A stretch of 49,537 bases of DNA, counting the filler, from Sphacelaria rigidula (taxonomy: Eukaryota), in NCBI GenBank assembly GCA_964200075.2. It is 3 parts of 3 records of this genome, joined end to end, with 100 filler letters (N's around TTAATTAATTAA, not from the genome) between each part and the next. Parts side by side here need not be neighbours in the genome. Positions count along the whole stretch, not along the records: positions 33,095 to 49,537 come from CAXNAA020001356.1; 2 more parts are not named here. One strand, written 5' to 3'. Under the pieces are notes generated by a model. It searched no databases. It saw only the letters and a list, made by a program, of their open reading frames with translations, and was not told where the DNA came from. The translations under genes were made by a program, and so were the position numbers. Position 1 is the stretch's first letter; each line of letters begins with the position of its first letter. Below are positions 45,983-49,537 of the stretch, piece by piece.

Positions 45983-47949
45983 TTCTCGAAAAAAAAATGT
46001 GAACGGCTCCCATAAGAGTCGATCTCAACCATGGAATTAGATACTTTTTCTAAGGTGTGGTAATTTCGAGCTGAACCAGAGGATTTTTGTGATTTTTTCG
46101 TTGTTGGCGATTTTCAATATTTTTTTCGCGTGCCACTGCTCATCCCAGTGAACGTTTGATCCCTAAGTTTAGGGATCGGGAGATACTACAGGCTGGTTCA
46201 CGCTCATCACCCCAAAAACACTCATTGGCAAAACCTCACGCCGTTTATGGCGTTAAAACCTGAAAATTTGCACAGATGTTCTACGGGGCATTACGAGTAT
46301 TATTCCTTTTTCGATAATTTGGGGGCTGTGTTTCTGAAGGTTAGACGCCAAGAAAATCCGCACCTCGCTGGTGATGACGCCGAAACGTGCAGGATGTGTT
46401 GACTTGTACTACAGCAAGGTGTCGGAGCCGCAGCCGTGGCTGCACAAAGCGCCGAGGGTCCGGTCTGCATTGAAACAGCGGATACCCTTCTCACTCGTTT
46501 ATAGTTGTATTTACCACCTCCTGTCTGATGACGGTTGTAGCAGGTACAAATTTGGTCAGGCTTGCAGACCGCAAGGGATCCTTCCGGCTTGATCGTCAAT
46601 CTTCGTCCAGTTGGGAGTGAACGCTCGCTGAAAACCATAAAGTAAGCAGCATCTAGGCCCCACCACATATGTGAGGGTCTAGGCTGAACGTTTGCCGATC
46701 CGAAAAACTCGACACGTCAGGGTTAAGCTTCTCTTACGCGACCGCTGTGTTCTGCCATGGACCCTTCCCCACATACCCGACAAGTGGGCAACATCCCCGT
46801 ACAGACAGTGGCAATGCTAGCGGATACAAGATCCTGACAGTCTAGCAGCAGGCAAGGTAGTTATGGTAGTGTCCTTCTAGCGATATCAACTTACAGTGCA
46901 CGTGCACTGGAGCAGAGTTTGCAGGTGAATATTTTAGTGATTGCCTCACCTGCACTTCGCCCAGATGTTGCGGATTTTTTCACTATCTCCCAGAGTAGCA
47001 TTATATGCGGAAATGTACGAGACCCTGGACAAATAATTCTACAGTCAGTACGCGCACAATGTTGAAAGTGTACTGCGCACAAAATAAAATATATCGCCGA
47101 CTGTAATTTGTGTAATACTAATACTCGTACGTGAAGTCGGTAACTGCAACGCTACACTTCGAGACAACTGCGTGAAAATCTCCACGGCGTGAAATGCTTC
47201 TGGCGTCTTTCGCGCCATAGCGGCTGTGTTACCATACAGCTTTGCCCAAGATATAGGCAGCCAGTACAGCAGCGGAGACGGCCTTTCACTCTTGCGTGCG
47301 CCCTCTGGGGCAATCGCACGCTGTAGCAACACGGAGAGCTTTCCAGAATATGTCCTAGCGATATAGCGTGGAGCGAGGGGTGATATCCCGCGTACACGTT
47401 GGCTGCAGATACAAGCGGTTGCGTTCATGATGTGGCGAACTGCATAGGACAGCGCGAAATCAATGCAGCACAGGGATAGGCTGAGGGTGTAACGTCCTGC
47501 TGTGTGCTTTGTCACCCTGCACCCTGCCGCTGTGCAGTGAGCAGGGAGTACCGCCCAAGGCGTCACGCTGCGGTTGGTACGCAGTGTCGAACACAGCAGC
47601 AAACAGGATGTTCATGGTACAAGGATGTGTGTTTCAATACCGATGCGTACAGAGTGGGGCCTGCATCTAGAGAACCCTGCACCAACTTCGGCCTGTTCTA
47701 GCGGATACAGACGTTTTTCAGCAAAAACCGCTTGCGACATGTGCTGTAACGGATCTCGTGCGTCATGCAGCTTTCTCCCGCGTGGAGCATCGCCCGTGAA
47801 GCGAGCTGTTGAAGCTGACAGTGCCTAACCCTCTTCCCACGATGACCTCCTGTCTGAGCTCGAGATAATTGAAACTGCGGAACAAAACTTCAGCTTATAG
47901 AATGTACACGTCACCGTGACAAAAGCTCCCATATTACCGAAAAGGTCGA

Positions 47950-48730
47950 CTTCCTTTATTCATGACTTTTTTCACCGTTTTTCGGGGGTCCCAGTTTTTG
48001 CGGGGAAACATCGATGCAATCGGACCCCCGTAGAACGGTATTGAAAAACTCAATCATCCAATGTTGCTCAATGATTCATAGCTTGGTTGTGCAAAAATTC
48101 AGGGTCTAACTCCTTCAAACGGCCTGAGGTTTTTCGCTCTTGTGCGATGAACTTTACTGTACCGCGGTGAAACCGCAAACTACTTGATTTTAGTACAAAA
48201 ACGGCGTTTTGGGGCCTTCTTTGACGTGAACATGAATTTCAAGCATCAGTTGTTCGATTTTTGCGACGAAATTTTGTAGGGTCCTTCCTTGGCTTATGCG
48301 GCGACAAATCGTCCACGAAAAAATGAATATATATATATATATATATGTATATATCTTAGTGCCGGTTTTCCGGGTTCCCAGAACGGAGACTACTTCGAAA
48401 AACGAGTTGGATCCCGTCGGATCCCCGAAAAACCGTGAAAAATCAAGAAGTAATAAATCCTCGCCCGGAAAAAGTTGCGTAATGACACATCGTATATTTG
48501 TGCAAAGTTTCAGGGTCTAACTCCTAATAACGGCGTTAAGTTTTGCGCGTTTGTGGAGGACGTGGGTTTGAAACGTTGAACTCCTAAGTACTTGGTTTTA
48601 GTATTAAAACGTCTTTTTGGGTGAGTTTTACGTCACGGCAAGAAAAATTGTATGAGGTTTTCGAGTTTTTCCACCAAACTTTGTACAAGGGTTCCTCGGA
48701 CTATCCTGGGACGCACCTTTTTACTATTTT
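47950..48730. repeat. Two tandem ~400-bp copies of a dispersed repeat separated by (TA)n at ~48327-48354; a third, inverted copy at ~46030-46320
   Basis: Shared TGTGCAAA..TTCAGGGTCTAACTCCT..AACGGC.T.AGGTTTT at ~48088 and ~48499, reverse-complemented at ~46228-46274. Confidence 0.7.
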
Positions 48731-49537
48731 TTTGGGGGGCATTCTGTACCGCCTTCCGGTGCGGGCCGAGCAAACTTGGCAGGGTGCAGATCACCCCTCA
48801 TGCGACTCGCCGAACATATCACGGCGTATGCGTTTGGCGATTGGGAACCTGCTCCGGCAAAAACCCCGCGTGCCTGTCCCGGCTCTATAGGGACGCAAGG
48901 TCAACGGTCTTTCGACTACGACGTGCATGCGTATACCTCCCTCCAGAAAACAGATGCACACCACACCTTTCCCAGAACAAAAGAACAAGAAGCAACATCA
49001 GGTTGCCAAAAGCTCATCGACGAAGACTGCACTACCTGAGCTTGTCTTAGTATTGTAATAGCCGGGGTCGTAGCACTCACCTCCCTCACACGACCGAGTC
49101 TTCTTGTTTTACACACCTCCCCCTCGTTGTTGATGATTGGCAACGGTTGGCAACGCTGTGAAATACGCCACTCACTGCGTAAGCTAGGCAACCAGGTTAT
49201 CATGTTGTTTTTCCTCTCGCGTTTTTTTTCAGTAACCATGATGGTCGTCGAGCTAACTCAAGTTGTGTGGGGTGGAGAACCTCAACTTCGCGCAAAGGAG
49301 ATGATCGTACAACGTAGTTTTTAAATGGTGAGATACCCATGAGGCAGTGTGTAACTCGCGGCTATTCCTGTATGTAGCGATACCAGGAAATGAAGCAACT
49401 CATTCGAGGCTGTCATGTGTATGCAAGGGTGAGTATGCTTCGGGTTGAACAATCTTCGTAGGATGCAGCTCACCCTTCATGCGACCCGCCGAACACATCA
49501 CGGCGCTTCGCGCTTGGTGGTTTGAGTGCAAGCCTGG

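Overview
Eukaryotic, intron-rich and repeat-rich DNA. The A-rich or pyrimidine acceptors, long introns and gene content suggest a stramenopile, probably a brown alga (inference). The window is three contigs of almost equal, descending length (1-16448, 16549-32994, 33095-49537) joined by artificial 100-bp N44-TTAATTAATTAA-N44 spacers, so adjacency across the spacers means nothing. Contig 1 holds the last three exons of a gene with a NIMA-related kinase (NEK)-type C-terminal motif, tRNA-derived SINEs, a 1.5-kb foldback element and a full-length but decayed chromodomain Ty3/Gypsy element with 157-bp LTRs. Contig 2 holds a 16-exon AMP deaminase gene (both ends uncertain) with a GC-AG intron; its introns carry palindromes, a TTAA-flanked hairpin MITE, a satellite and probable transposon remnants. 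Contig 3 holds a palindrome built from two decayed Replitron-like HUH endonuclease fragments (the most unusual item), the first exon of a probable IscA-type mitochondrial protein, MITE clusters and a two-exon YVH1/DUSP12 phosphatase. All family assignments are motif recognition by eye; no searches were run.
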